DNA of 23,877 nt from Octopus sinensis. Its lineage: Eukaryota. Below the pieces are notes generated by a model. That model was given only the letters and a program-made list of their open reading frames with translations. It was not told the origin of the DNA and did not search any database. The position numbers and the translations under genes are program-made. Location of the stretch: the NCBI RefSeq assembly GCF_006345805.1, contig NW_021836541.1:1-23877 (forward strand), read 5' to 3'. Each line of letters starts with the position of its first letter. The stretch's first letter is position 1. Below, piece by piece: positions 1-10,064 of the stretch.

Positions 1-76
1 GCCAAGGAATCACATAGTGGCTCCTTTATTGAGTGACAACGATAATATCGACCCAATTTATACTGAGAATCTAGAC

Positions 77-364
77 CAGTGGTTCTCGACCAGCGTACAT
101 ATGGTGGTTTTAATAATATTTTAAGGGCCCCTAAAAACATTTTGTTTTAGATGTATATATTGGTATGTATTGCAAGAAACAGCCAGGTTTCTTTCTCTAA
201 CATTTTATATAGCTCAACCTACACAAGATAATTCGTGAAAAACGAAAATTTGAAAAAAAGTTTCTATAAAACTAGTTTTCAAACATCAAATGGCTACGGG
301 GGTCCACCAGAATAAAATAGTAATTGATGGGGGTCCATGGATAAAACATGGTTGAGTATTCCTG
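77..364. mobile_element. Non-autonomous hAT (Charlie-like) MITE, 288 bp
   Basis: Imperfect 15-bp TIRs: CAGTGGTTCTCGACC (77-91) versus the reverse complement of 350-364, CAGGAATACTCAACC (10/15 match). Perfect 8-bp TSD ATCTAGAC at 69-76 and 365-372, which fits the NTCTAGAN target preference of Charlie-type hATs. Confidence 0.9.
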
Positions 365-1000
365 ATCTAGACTAATGAAGGCAATTCTTGTCAGACGCTT
401 TACAGCTTATAGCATATTGTTACACTCTGAAAATAATTAGACAGTTCTCCTTCTGGAACTAAAGTATGCGCTTGGTCAACATATTTAAATTATTTAATGG
501 CTTTCATCCACTAAACTCGGAAGTTGAAACCGTAAGCTGCTGGGTAGCATTGCATGATTAGCAAATAGTTTATTGGTTCGTCGTGAACTATGTCGATTAT
601 TTCTATCGGGTGAAAAATACGATTGATAAGGATCGTCTACACAGACAGACAGAGATATTTATTTAACTTTCACTCTCTGTACACAAAGCAACAACAGCAG
701 CAGAAGAGGTTTTAAAAATGCAGTTAAGAGTTTCACGTTTCTTAATCAAGTAACCTATAATTGCATTCCATTAGGCGAGAATTTGATCCAGAGTTTTCTG
801 CCAATGCTTTGGGTCCCCCAAAGTCTTTTGAGAGAAAATTCTTGCACCTGTCTGTCTCTGGGGGCAATAGATTTCGTATCGTACGCACACATATGGCAGT
901 GGTTACCGAGGAATAATGGTCAGAGATATATACATCAGCGGGAAAGTTTGATAAACCAGTACTTCCTATCAAGCACACTTCAGGATTTTTCATCCATGTT

Positions 1001-1100
1001 CCACACACACACATGTCTGCAAGCGCACATACGCACACACACACACACGCACACATGCACATCCACACCCACACACAAAGGTGCAAACACACATGCACAC
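1001..1100. repeat. Degenerate (CA)n microsatellite
   Basis: Visible CA/CACG repeats; source of the HT/CV-rich ORF translations. Confidence 0.9.
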
Positions 1101-1744
1101 AACAAACGTGTCTCTCTCGTCTCAGAAATCCAATGAGCCAACGTTTAGACATTTGAAACCCTATAACCAATAGCCTTATTGTTCACAAAGTACATAATCT
1201 AGTTTTAGATGTTTTTCAAATAAATTAACTCCTCATCCTCAAGAATACACGTAGATACGAATGTTGAATGCATAATTTGATTTGAGGGTTGTTTGGTGAC
1301 TATTTATAGCAAATCGAATGATTACATAGCTTCTTCGGCGGCTCCAGATAGAGAGAAATTCCTCTGCGGCTAATATCTTTCCGTTAAATGTTTCTTTGTC
1401 GATGCATTTAGATCAACAAGACAAAATTGCTCTCGGAAGTTTAAGTAGACATTATCGTCAGAGCGGTAAGCTGAGGACGAGGCACAAATGGATAATGCAC
1501 AATATCGAATCGATTCTGCCTCATAAAACTGCCAGAATGTGAAGAAACCTAGATGACATTTGCTCTTACTGTTAGATCTTCTGACAAATTGCTAGATACG
1601 AAAGACACTCTAAATAAAAGGAGAGAGAATGGATGCGTAAATATCACTTTGTTTCCTTATCGTTCCTCCTCTTCATCTTTTTCTTTTCTACAGCTCTTAA
1701 TAACTGTCCATCCATCGAACTATCTAGCTTACTCTTCCACCACT

Positions 1745-2285
1745 AACACACATACACAGACACACGCACTGATACTCACACGTGTGCATGCAACATATTA
1801 GCGGGTATGTGTGTGTGTTTGTGTGTGTGTGCATGTACGTGTGAGTGAGCGTGTATATGTGTGCCTGTGTATGTGTGATTGTATATGTATATTTGTAGGG
1901 TGTACGCGTACAGTAAAAGAGATAAAAGCAAATGCATTGGTATTTTTCTGTGTATAGGTGCTTGTGTATATTGCGTGTATGAGAGAGAGAGAAAAACAGA
2001 GAGAAAGAGAGAGAGGGGAAAGAGAGAAAAAGTGAGAAAGAGAGAGTGAGAGAGAGAACAGAGAGAGATGGGTGAGAGAGACAGAAAGTGAGAGAAAGAG
2101 AAAGGAGGAAGAGAGAGAGAGAGAGAGAAATAGAGAGAGGGAGGCATAAGTCGGTTTGTAATATGAAATATTTCAGCATATAAATATATAAATATTTTTG
2201 CATTAGACGGCAAAAGGAATACGTTCGCACACACACATGCACACAAACACACAAACATACACACACACACACACACACACATACA

Positions 2286-2317
<32 letters not shown>

Positions 2318-2350
2318 AACAATCACACACACACACATACACTCACACAC
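1745..2350. repeat. Compound simple-repeat block: (CA)/(TG), GA-rich purine tract (about 1980-2145), (CA)n
   Basis: Direct reading of the sequence. Confidence 0.9.
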
Positions 2351-2394
2351 TTATATCTGTATATTTGTGTGTGTCTGCATATTTGTGTATAAAT

Positions 2395-2448
2395 ATGTGT
2401 GTGTCTAAGAGTATGTGTGTGTCTAAGAGTATGTGTGTGTCTAAGAGT
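2395..2448. repeat. Minisatellite, 3 x 18 bp (ATGTGTGTGTCTAAGAGT)
   Basis: Three exact tandem copies at 2395, 2413 and 2431. Confidence 0.9.
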
Positions 2449-3255
2449 ATGTGTGAGTATGAGTTTGCGGACGCATAAATATTTTATAAGTGTATTTGTC
2501 TTCATGTTCACAGTTGTCTATTGCTAAGTTGTCTTTCGTAGTGTTTATGGAAACGATTTCTCTGATGCAAAAAAAAAATGGCTTAATCATTTCCATTATT
2601 ATAAACGAAAATCACTCAGGTATATTGAACAAACATTCACTACAATCTAAAAGAAAACTCTTCTTTTCTTCTCTTTGTTCGTATTTTTTTTGCTATTCAT
2701 AATCCCCTGATACTTCATAAACAAGAAACATTCATTTGATAGTGAGTGTCTTTGCTTTTGTTTCTCCTTTCCGTTTACATTTTCCTTAAGTCGTCTCCAT
2801 AAATATTATTGCTTGTGTGCGTGTGTGTAATGGCCACCGATTCTATCTAGAACAATAAAAAAACGATATTAGTTTCCAAGCATCTACCCAACAATAAGAG
2901 CTCCAACGAGTCAAAGAATGAGCAACTGTGATCGATTTGCAAGAAGCTGCAGCCTAAATCTTCCATTTTCTGTTTTGCTTAGCCATGCATCGTTTTCCGA
3001 GAGTCAAGAATAAGAGTTATCCTGGAATCGGAAATTTTATCCATTTGCTAGCATCAGGGTGGAACTTGCTAAAGACACCTAACGGCCAGATAGTGGCGTT
3101 AAACCGGTTGCTGGATTAAATCTACGTCAAATATCCAATTAAAAGGAATTACGGATGAATTTCTACTCAGAATGCAAAGAGCTAGAAGAAATTTCTCAAG
3201 GGAGGTCGTCCGATGTTCTAACAGAATTGCTTTTTCACCGCACGAGATTAGAAAT

Positions 3256-3382
3256 ATATTTACTGGAACTAGAAAGATAAACAGCAAAGTTGACCATGGC
3301 AGGATCCGAACTCAGAACACCAGGTGTCAAAATATATACTACAAATCATTTGACGCATTAATGATTCAGCGAATTCGACGCC
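3256..3382 (-). mobile_element. Degenerate SINE fragment (family B, same family as 8328-8901)
   Basis: Reverse complement contains GTTCTGAGTTCGGATCCTGCCATGGTCAACTTTGC, which resembles GTTCTGAGTTCAAATTCCGCCGAGGTCGACTTTGC of the intact copies. Confidence 0.6.
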
Positions 3383-3421
3383 AACACGTGGTTACTTCAC
3401 ATCCTACTATCTTATGTTTAA

Positions 3422-3868
3422 ATAAATAAATAGATGCGCCCTTTTAAAGCCTAGCCAGGCTCAATGGGCTCGGTTTCCCGGTTTCAATGGCGTATGTGTT
3501 CCCCAGCTGGACGAGACGCCAGTCCACCGTAGCGTTACTCATTTTTGCCAGATGAGTGGACTGGAGCAACGTGAAATGAAGTGTTTTGCTCAAGAACACA
3601 ACGCGTCGTTCGGTCCAGGAATCGAAACCACAATCTAATGACCATGATGCTGACACCCAAACCGATTCCTGGACTGGGCGACGCGTTTGTGTTCTTCAGC
3701 AAAACACTTCATTTCACGTTGCTCCAGTCCACTCAGCTGGCAAAAATGAGTAACACTGCGATGGGCTGGCGTCCCGACCAGCTGGTGAACACATAGGTCA
3801 TTAAAACCGGGAAACCGGGCCCACGAGCCTGGCTAGGCTTTAAAAACGCGCATTTATTTTTATTTATC
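3422..3868. repeat. Long inverted repeat (foldback) made of two head-to-head SINE copies (family C)
   Basis: Left arm about 3422-3624 and right arm 3663-3868, about 88-90% complementary by eye, with a 38-nt spacer. The minus-strand copy keeps a tRNA-type B-box-like GGTTTCGATTCC. Both arms end in A/T-rich tails pointing outward. Confidence 0.93.
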
Positions 3869-4099
3869 TCTTACCTTTAATCTAGCTATTGGTGTCATTT
3901 TATATATCTATATCTATCTCCCAACCGCGTCTATCATTGTGCTATAGTGACTCCTCTTCTGAATTTTGGAACTCAGTTCCATCATGCATTAATCTCAATC
4001 GTTATGCACCAATCGCCTATCTTTTCCTCATACACGTGATATCGCAGTATTCTGAACTCTATACAAAGCACTCACTAGAGATCGCAGTCCTCTCACATT

Positions 4100-4121
4100 C
4101 TCTCCCTCTCTCCCTCTCTCC

Positions 4122-4158
<37 letters not shown>
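4100..4158. repeat. (CT)n(CA)n compound microsatellite
   Basis: Direct reading. Confidence 0.9.
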
Positions 4159-4217
4159 GAACCTTCGTCTTCTCTCTCTGCCCTTCTCTCTCCTATTATT
4201 TTATATATATGTATGTA

Positions 4218-4589
4218 GGCGTAGGAGTGGCTGTGTGGTAAGTAGCATGCTTACCAACCACATGGTTCCGGGTTCAGTCCCACTGCGTGGCGCCTTGGGC
4301 AAGTGTCTTCTACTATAGCCACCGGCTGACCAAAGCCTTGTGAGTGGATTTGGCAGACGGAAACTGAAAGAATCCCGTCGTATATGTTTGTGTGTGTGTG
4401 TGTGTGTGTGCGTGTCCACCATCGCTTGACAACAGATTTTGGTGTGTTTACGCCCCCGTAACTTAGCGGTTCGGTAAAAAAAAAGGGCCGATAGAATAAG
4501 TACTATTCCTGGGATCAATTTGTTCGACTAAATGCGGTGCTCCAGCATGGCCGCAGTCAAATGACTGAAATAAATAAAATAATAAAAGA
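4218..4589 (+). mobile_element. Full-length bipartite tRNA-derived SINE (family A) with internal (TG)n
   Basis: Head with A-box-like TGGCTGTGTGG and B-box-like GGTTCAGTCCC; internal (TG)n at about 4389-4414; 3' module ending CAGCATGGCCGCAGTCAAATGACTGAAA plus an A-rich tail; homologous to 5170-5628. Confidence 0.92.
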
Positions 4590-4623
4590 TCAAAGAATAT
4601 ATTTGTATGCACATACTTGAAAA

Positions 4624-4688
4624 ATGTATGTATGTATGTATGTATGTATGTATGTATGTATGTGTGTGTATGTATGTATGTATGTATG

Positions 4689-4717
<29 letters not shown>
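4624..4717. repeat. (TATG)n microsatellite
   Basis: More than 20 near-perfect units. Confidence 0.95.
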
Positions 4718-4719
<2 letters not shown>

Positions 4720-5169
4720 TCCATTTGCTCCTGCGACTGTTACTCCAATAGTTTCTTCTGAATTTCTTAGTCGCAGTCCGACCTTTCATTACGTTTATTC
4801 GTTTTGTGTCAATCTTCTTACCTTTGTCATACGTACGATATCGCAGTACCCCAAACCGGAACTCACACTTCCTTCATCTCATTCTCTCTCCCCGTCTCTC
4901 TCTCCCTCTCTTTCTTTTTATTTCTCCCTTAAGGCTCACTATTGAAACATACTACAACTACAGAACTCTCTGTCTCCAAATATTTCCCTCCTAACACTTA
5001 CGCTTAAATAAACAAACCTTTCCTCCAAACACTGATATTAGACAAACAATTTCTTCAAATAAATCTTCCTTCTGAACACCTGATGCGGTGAGATTTTCAT
5101 TCTAAAATATCTAATTCTGCAACTCATGTCAGCACAACTGGCAACATTGATTTCGTTTGTCTAACCGTT

Positions 5170-5628
5170 ACTCTCTTTACTCTTTTACTTGTTTCAGTCA
5201 TTTGACTGCGGTCATACTGGAGCACCGCCTTTAGTCGAGCAAAAATCGACCCCAGGACTTATTCTTTGTAAGCCTAGTACTTATTCTATCGGTCCCTTTT
5301 GCCGAACCGCTAAGTTTCGGGGACGTAAACACACCAGCATCGGTTGTCAAGCGATGTTGGGGGTACAATCATAGACACACAAACGTATACACACACACAT
5401 ACATATATACATATATATACATATATACATATATATACATATATATATATATTTACATATATATACGACGGGCTTCTTTCAGTTTCTGTCTACCAAATCC
5501 ACTCACAAAGCTTTGGTCGGCCCGAGGCTACAGTTGAAGACACTTGCCCAAGGTGCCACGCAGTGGGACTGAACCCGGAACCATGTGGTTCGTAAGCACG
5601 CTACTTACCACACAGCCACTCCTTCGCC
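5170..5628 (-). mobile_element. Full-length family A SINE in inverted orientation, with internal CA/TA microsatellite
   Basis: Reverse-complement homolog of 4218-4589 across both modules; the microsatellite (about 5374-5464) sits at the equivalent internal position. Confidence 0.92.
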
Positions 5629-6060
5629 GTTGTCATTATTCGTTTTTATTGTTGTTCTTGTTATAGCTTCGTCCCATGATAAACCTAATCAAGCAGATAC
5701 ATGATCAACAGCAAATCAGCGAATCACTCTCATATCTTCGTACTCTAACAAGTACATTCTATGCATTATCTTATGCATCCTGTCCTGCTTTCGTTGTGGG
5801 TAATTATTTTTTTTATATATTATAATTGCTGGATATGATTCATGGAAAATTAGGTTGATACTTCGAGCATGTCGAGATGATCATGCGTTGTTTCGTTGTA
5901 ACTTTCGTATGAGACCCTGATTGTTGTTGTTTTTCCTGAATTGCCTTTTGCCTGGAATGGAGAGGGCATATGAGGTAGCGAGTAGCGATGAAATCACTTT
6001 AACAAACCTATCTGATTCATTGATAGAACGATTAGTTAAATATGAATTTATTTACTAATG

Positions 6061-6249
6061 ATAATCCTTTCCTTTCTACTAAATGCACAAGGCCTGAAAT
6101 ACGTGGAGAGGGGGCTAATCGGTAACAGGAAGCAATGATTATGTGCTTAAGCTGTTAAGCTAAAACCTCATGACGTTGGAAATTCTTACGAGTTGCGGAG
6201 GCCTGGGAATTGAATAGCATTTAACTTCACGAGTCCCTGTTCACCTAAG
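6061..6249 (+). repeat. 189-bp dispersed direct repeat, copy 1
   Basis: Runs ATAATCCTTTCCTTTCTACTAAATGCACAAGG...TGTTCACCTAAG and is colinear with 7075-7263 (roughly 85% identical by eye). The first ~50 bp resemble the reverse-complemented family B SINE tail (compare 20195-20240). Confidence 0.9.
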
Positions 6250-6432
6250 TGCTGAGTGTAGTTTGTAGATCAGGGATTTATTTTAGGTGTCTATTAGGCC
6301 TCCATTAGTTGATGTTGGCCATACATCTATATATACAACTTGTCAATAATGTCTTCGTTGCAGACGTTGCTGTTAGAACGCAAGGAGCCTGAAGAGATAC
6401 TGTAAAATATCTTGGACCTTACCTGTCAGATT

Positions 6433-6543
6433 AAAAGTGAAGTTGACCTCCGTGGGATTTGAGCTCAGAACTCCAAGGGTGACAACTAATACTGCAAAAC
6501 CTTTTTCTATCCAATGCTCTAACGACTCTGCCAATTCGCTGCT
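6433..6543 (-). mobile_element. Degenerate family B SINE 5' fragment
   Basis: GTTGACCTCCGTGGGATTTGAGCTCAGAAC is a diverged reverse complement of the family B B-box region. Confidence 0.6.
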
Positions 6544-7074
6544 TTATCTAGGCATTCATCGTGTCTTTGCAGAATATTACGGAATGCTGTTTCGAACTGA
6601 GAATTTCACTTCACCTCACAGTTTCCGACTAAATACGGTCCTATTTAGTAAGAATCCATCCTTATCCATATGACACCTTACACTCTAAAGGGTCCGAAGC
6701 CGCATCCATGTCATGACTCCTAGATACCTCCCCTATTATCACATTCTGTGTAAATGCTTGCATTACAACCCTTTTGGATGCTTAACATTTCTTGAACCAG
6801 GGTACCTTGCGTGTTGTAATCAGTGCAGTCTAAGACACCAGTTGACTGAAAGGTAAATTGAGAGATTTACGATTCCCTTCCATTCATCCTCGATCACGAT
6901 GAATACTGTAAGTAAATCTTCGTTGCTGTTGATGTTGGCCATACATCTATACATGTATGTGTTGATGATGTTGCGCTTGTTGCTGATAAGCCTCAAATCA
7001 AAAAGCAGTCCAAGTGAAACTTTCTGCTTCCTTATGGTACCTTAGATCACATTGTCTCACATGCCCTTTCCTTC

Positions 7075-7263
7075 ATAATCCTTTCCTTTCTACTAAATGC
7101 ACAAGGTCGGGAATATGTGGGGAGGGGGCTAAACGGTAATAGGAAGCAATAATTATGTTCTTAAGCTGTTAAGCTAAAAACTCATGTCGATGGAAATTCT
7201 TACTAGCTGCGGAGGCCTGGGAATAGAATAGCATTTAACTTCTCGAGTCTCTGTTCACCTAAG
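7075..7263 (+). repeat. 189-bp dispersed direct repeat, copy 2
   Basis: Colinear with 6061-6249, same length, offset 1014 bp. Confidence 0.9.
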
Positions 7264-7760
7264 ATAATGAGTAAGGGGTTGAGGTGTGAGATGAGAGAAA
7301 ATCTGGCTGTTATTTTTACTAAGTTGTAGGCCACCTTTCTCTCTTGTTGGTTAGCTTCTAGGTTAAGTGTTAGGTATTAAGTGGGAGTATGGTGTGTGAG
7401 AATATTACAACGTTGCCTCCCAACGTTGATTTTGCTAAACAGGAAAAATCCTTTGACAGCAATTAAATAGTTTTAAGCGGTTTATAATGGACACGACAAA
7501 TACAACGCGCAGGTCCATCTATAAATAGACAATCCACAATTATGTTTACCTACCAGTCGACTTGATAAACATGATTGCTGAAATTGACCACCTTAACGCA
7601 AATTGTTAAAACGACAAATCACAGGTTATAAGTGTGTCCTATGATGCATGCAACATAACACGACAACTAAAAGCACGTGGATTTAGATTCAGTCCCAATG
7701 CCTGTAACCCAGGACCGATCATTTTGTTGTGAATGAATTTTACAGATGGAATCATACCTA

Positions 7761-7956
7761 CATAACTGCCGGCCGGCCGGCCTGCCTGATTGTCTGCCTA
7801 CCTACCTATTTACCTACCTACCTACCTACATACATACATACATACATACATACATACATACATACATACATACATGCATGCATGCATACATACATACATA
7901 CATACATACATACATACATGCACACATACATACATACATACATACATACATACATG

Positions 7957-7997
<41 letters not shown>

Positions 7998-8162
7998 ATG
8001 TGTGTGTGTACGTGCGTGAGCGCAAGTGTAAAGAATATTCTTTTAGTGAGATATTTATATATATATAAATATAGATAGATAGATAGATAGACAGACAGAT
8101 AGATAGATAGATAGATAGGTAGGTAGGTAGGTAGGTAGGTAGGCAGGCAGGCAGGCAGGCAG
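7761..8162. repeat. Compound tetra/dinucleotide repeat block (TGCC/TACC/TACA/TG ... TAGA/TAGG/CAGG)
   Basis: Direct reading. Confidence 0.9.
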
Positions 8163-8226
8163 GCGGCGAGCTGGCAGAAACGTTAGCACGCCGGGCGAAC
8201 TGCTTAGCAGTATTTCGTCTGCTGTA
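8162..8226 (+). mobile_element. 3'-truncated family B SINE head
   Basis: GGCGGCGAGCTGGCAGAAACGTTAGCACGCCGGGCGAA is identical to the start of 8328. Confidence 0.85.
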
Positions 8227-8327
8227 GTTTCAAAATGCCTTATTTTACAGCTATGAGATGTATTGTTATTATCATGTTTTTATATTACTGTATACAACAC
8301 ATTTCGTCAATATAAAAGTCTTCATAA

Positions 8328-8901
8328 GGCGGCGAGCTGGCAGAAACGTTAGCACGCCGGGCGAAATGCGTAGCCGTATTTTGTCTGTCGTTACGTTGTG
8401 AGTTCAAATTCCGCCGAGGTCGACTTTGCCTTTCATCCTTTCGGGGTCGATAAATTAAGAACCAGTTACGCAAGGGGTCGATGTAATCGACTTAATACCT
8501 ATGTCTGTCCTTGTTTGTCCCCCTCTGTGTTTAGCCCCTTGTGGGTAATAAAGAAATAGGTATTTCGTCAGCCGTTGCGTTCAAATTCCGCCGAGGTCGA
8601 ATTTGCCTTTCATCCTTTCGGGGTCGATAAATTAAGTACCAGTTACTCACTGGGGTCGATGTAATCGACTTAATCCGTTTGTCTGTCCTTGTTTGTCCTC
8701 TCTGTGTTTAGCCCCTTGTGGGTAATAAAGAAATAGGTATTTCGTCTGCCGTTACGTTCTGAGTTCAAATTCCGCCGAGGTCGAATTTGCCTTTCATCCT
8801 TTCGGGGTCGATTAAATAAGTACCAGTTATGCACTGGGGTCCCTTTGTCTGTCTTTGTTTGTCCCCTCTATGCTTAACCCCCTGTGGGCAATAAAGAAAT
8901 A
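8328..8901 (+). mobile_element. Family B SINE with triplicated body (one head, three bodies) flanked by a ~19-bp TSD
   Basis: Head at 8328; body units start at GTATT(T)GTC-like junctions at 8376, 8560 and 8737 and each ends AATAAAGAAATA; B-box-like GAGTTCAAATTCC. TSD AATATAAAAGTCTTCATAA (8309-8327) versus AATATAAAAGTCTTTATTA (8902-8920). Confidence 0.92.
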
Positions 8902-9463
8902 AATATAAAAGTCTTTATTAGAGTAAAAATAACATTGTCAAAACATGAAGGTAAAGCAAAACAAATAGCTGCTTATACACCGGAAAATCCGGTAATTGTA
9001 GTGGCAGTAACAAACAAGTTCGATCGCTGGTTGCTAGTTGATAGTGTATAAGGACGGGGAAGAGTAAGGAATGCATGGTACTGACTAAAATGGAAGGAAG
9101 AATATAGGTGATGAATAGAACAGAGTGGTGACATTTAGTAGAGATGACTCGGAAGTTGTTCCTCTTCGATTAGTATCGCAAACAGCAGTAGCTATCTTCA
9201 GCTGAATACACGTCGTTGATTGGTTGAAATTACTCAAATACGACAACTTTAACACGAAATAACTTATAAAATAGGAAATTTTGTCAAAAACGTTGAGAGT
9301 AAACCGTGTTCTACGTGAGAAATTCTACCAGTATACCAAGTTTCAAATTGTTTAGTTAAAAAAATGAATTAAAAAATATGTGATTGAGATGGAATAGATC
9401 CCAAATGAATTTATACAGGAACGCAAACAAGAACAAGAAAGCTAGATTGATGCACATGCACCA

Positions 9464-9701
9464 GACGAACGCCTTTCGGCTCTACAAGTCATGATAATTG
9501 TATATTTGCAAATAAATAAATGGCATAAAGGGTCTTTCGACTATTAGACGAATATAACGTGGTGAAACAATAATACAAGTGCAACAGAAAAATAAATATA
9601 AATAATGGACAAACGCCTTTTGGCTACACAACAAAATGAAAATAATTGTACAATCACATCATAAATAAATAACAGAAAGGGTCTTTCGGCATCAGACGAA
9701 T
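9464..9701. repeat. Degenerate tandem duplication, period about 145 bp
   Basis: GACGAACGCCTTTCGGCTCTACAA (9464) versus GACAAACGCCTTTTGGCTACACAA (9608); AAAGGGTCTTTCGACTATTAGACGAAT (9527) versus AAAGGGTCTTTCGGCATCAGACGAAT (9676). Confidence 0.75.
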
Positions 9702-10064
9702 GAGAGGGGGGAAGAGAGATACGCAGAGAGAGTGAAAAAGAGAAAGATGTACAAGGGAGACAAGCAAAGAAAGAGGAGTGTAAAAGAGGGAAAAGGAATA
9801 AGAGAGAAGGAAAATGAAATCAAAGGGACTGAGGAACGAGAGGTAGGGAAAGAGAGAGAGAGAGGCAGAGAAACAGAAGGAACAAACGAGAAAAGCGGGG
9901 AAGGGAAGAGAATCTAAGAGTCGTACGTAATATTCAAGGAATATTCCTTTTAACAAAATAAACAACAGGTTGTACGGCGCGGCGCATAGATAAATCAATG
10001 GTAGGACTGAAGGAACACGACAAAACACAACATACGGAAAATAGACGATAACATAACAAACGGG

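Noticed and set aside
848-965. Possible minus-strand exon STGLSNFPADVYISDHYSSVTTAICVRTIRNLLPPETD
   Set aside because: Weak acceptor with a poor pyrimidine tract, weak donor (CAG|GTGCAA), and an unrecognised peptide.
1330-1466. Possible plus-strand exon ending in GCG|GTAAGC
   Set aside because: Good donor only; no recognisable peptide and no partner exons.
4218-4290. tRNA genes at SINE heads (also 8328 and 18790-18863)
   Set aside because: A/B-box-like motifs are present, but there is no complete cloverleaf and each runs into a SINE body.
3955-4900. Weak similarity between about 3955-4110 and 4755-4900 (TCATAC..GATATCGCAGTA)
   Set aside because: The matches are short and patchy; this may be an old repeat but cannot be delimited.
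4930-5160. Possible PLE 3' remnant (…HLRLNKQ…; CCTGATG at about 5079)
   Set aside because: Only very short motif matches, not distinguishable from chance.
6728-6845. Possible minus-strand exon after TTTACCTTTCAG (STGVLDCTDYNTQG...)
   Set aside because: Plausible acceptor but uncertain donor, no homology recognised, and it lies inside a rearranged repeat region.
8376-8901. CRISPR-like array
   Set aside because: Units are ~180-bp SINE bodies with no unique spacers, in a eukaryotic context.
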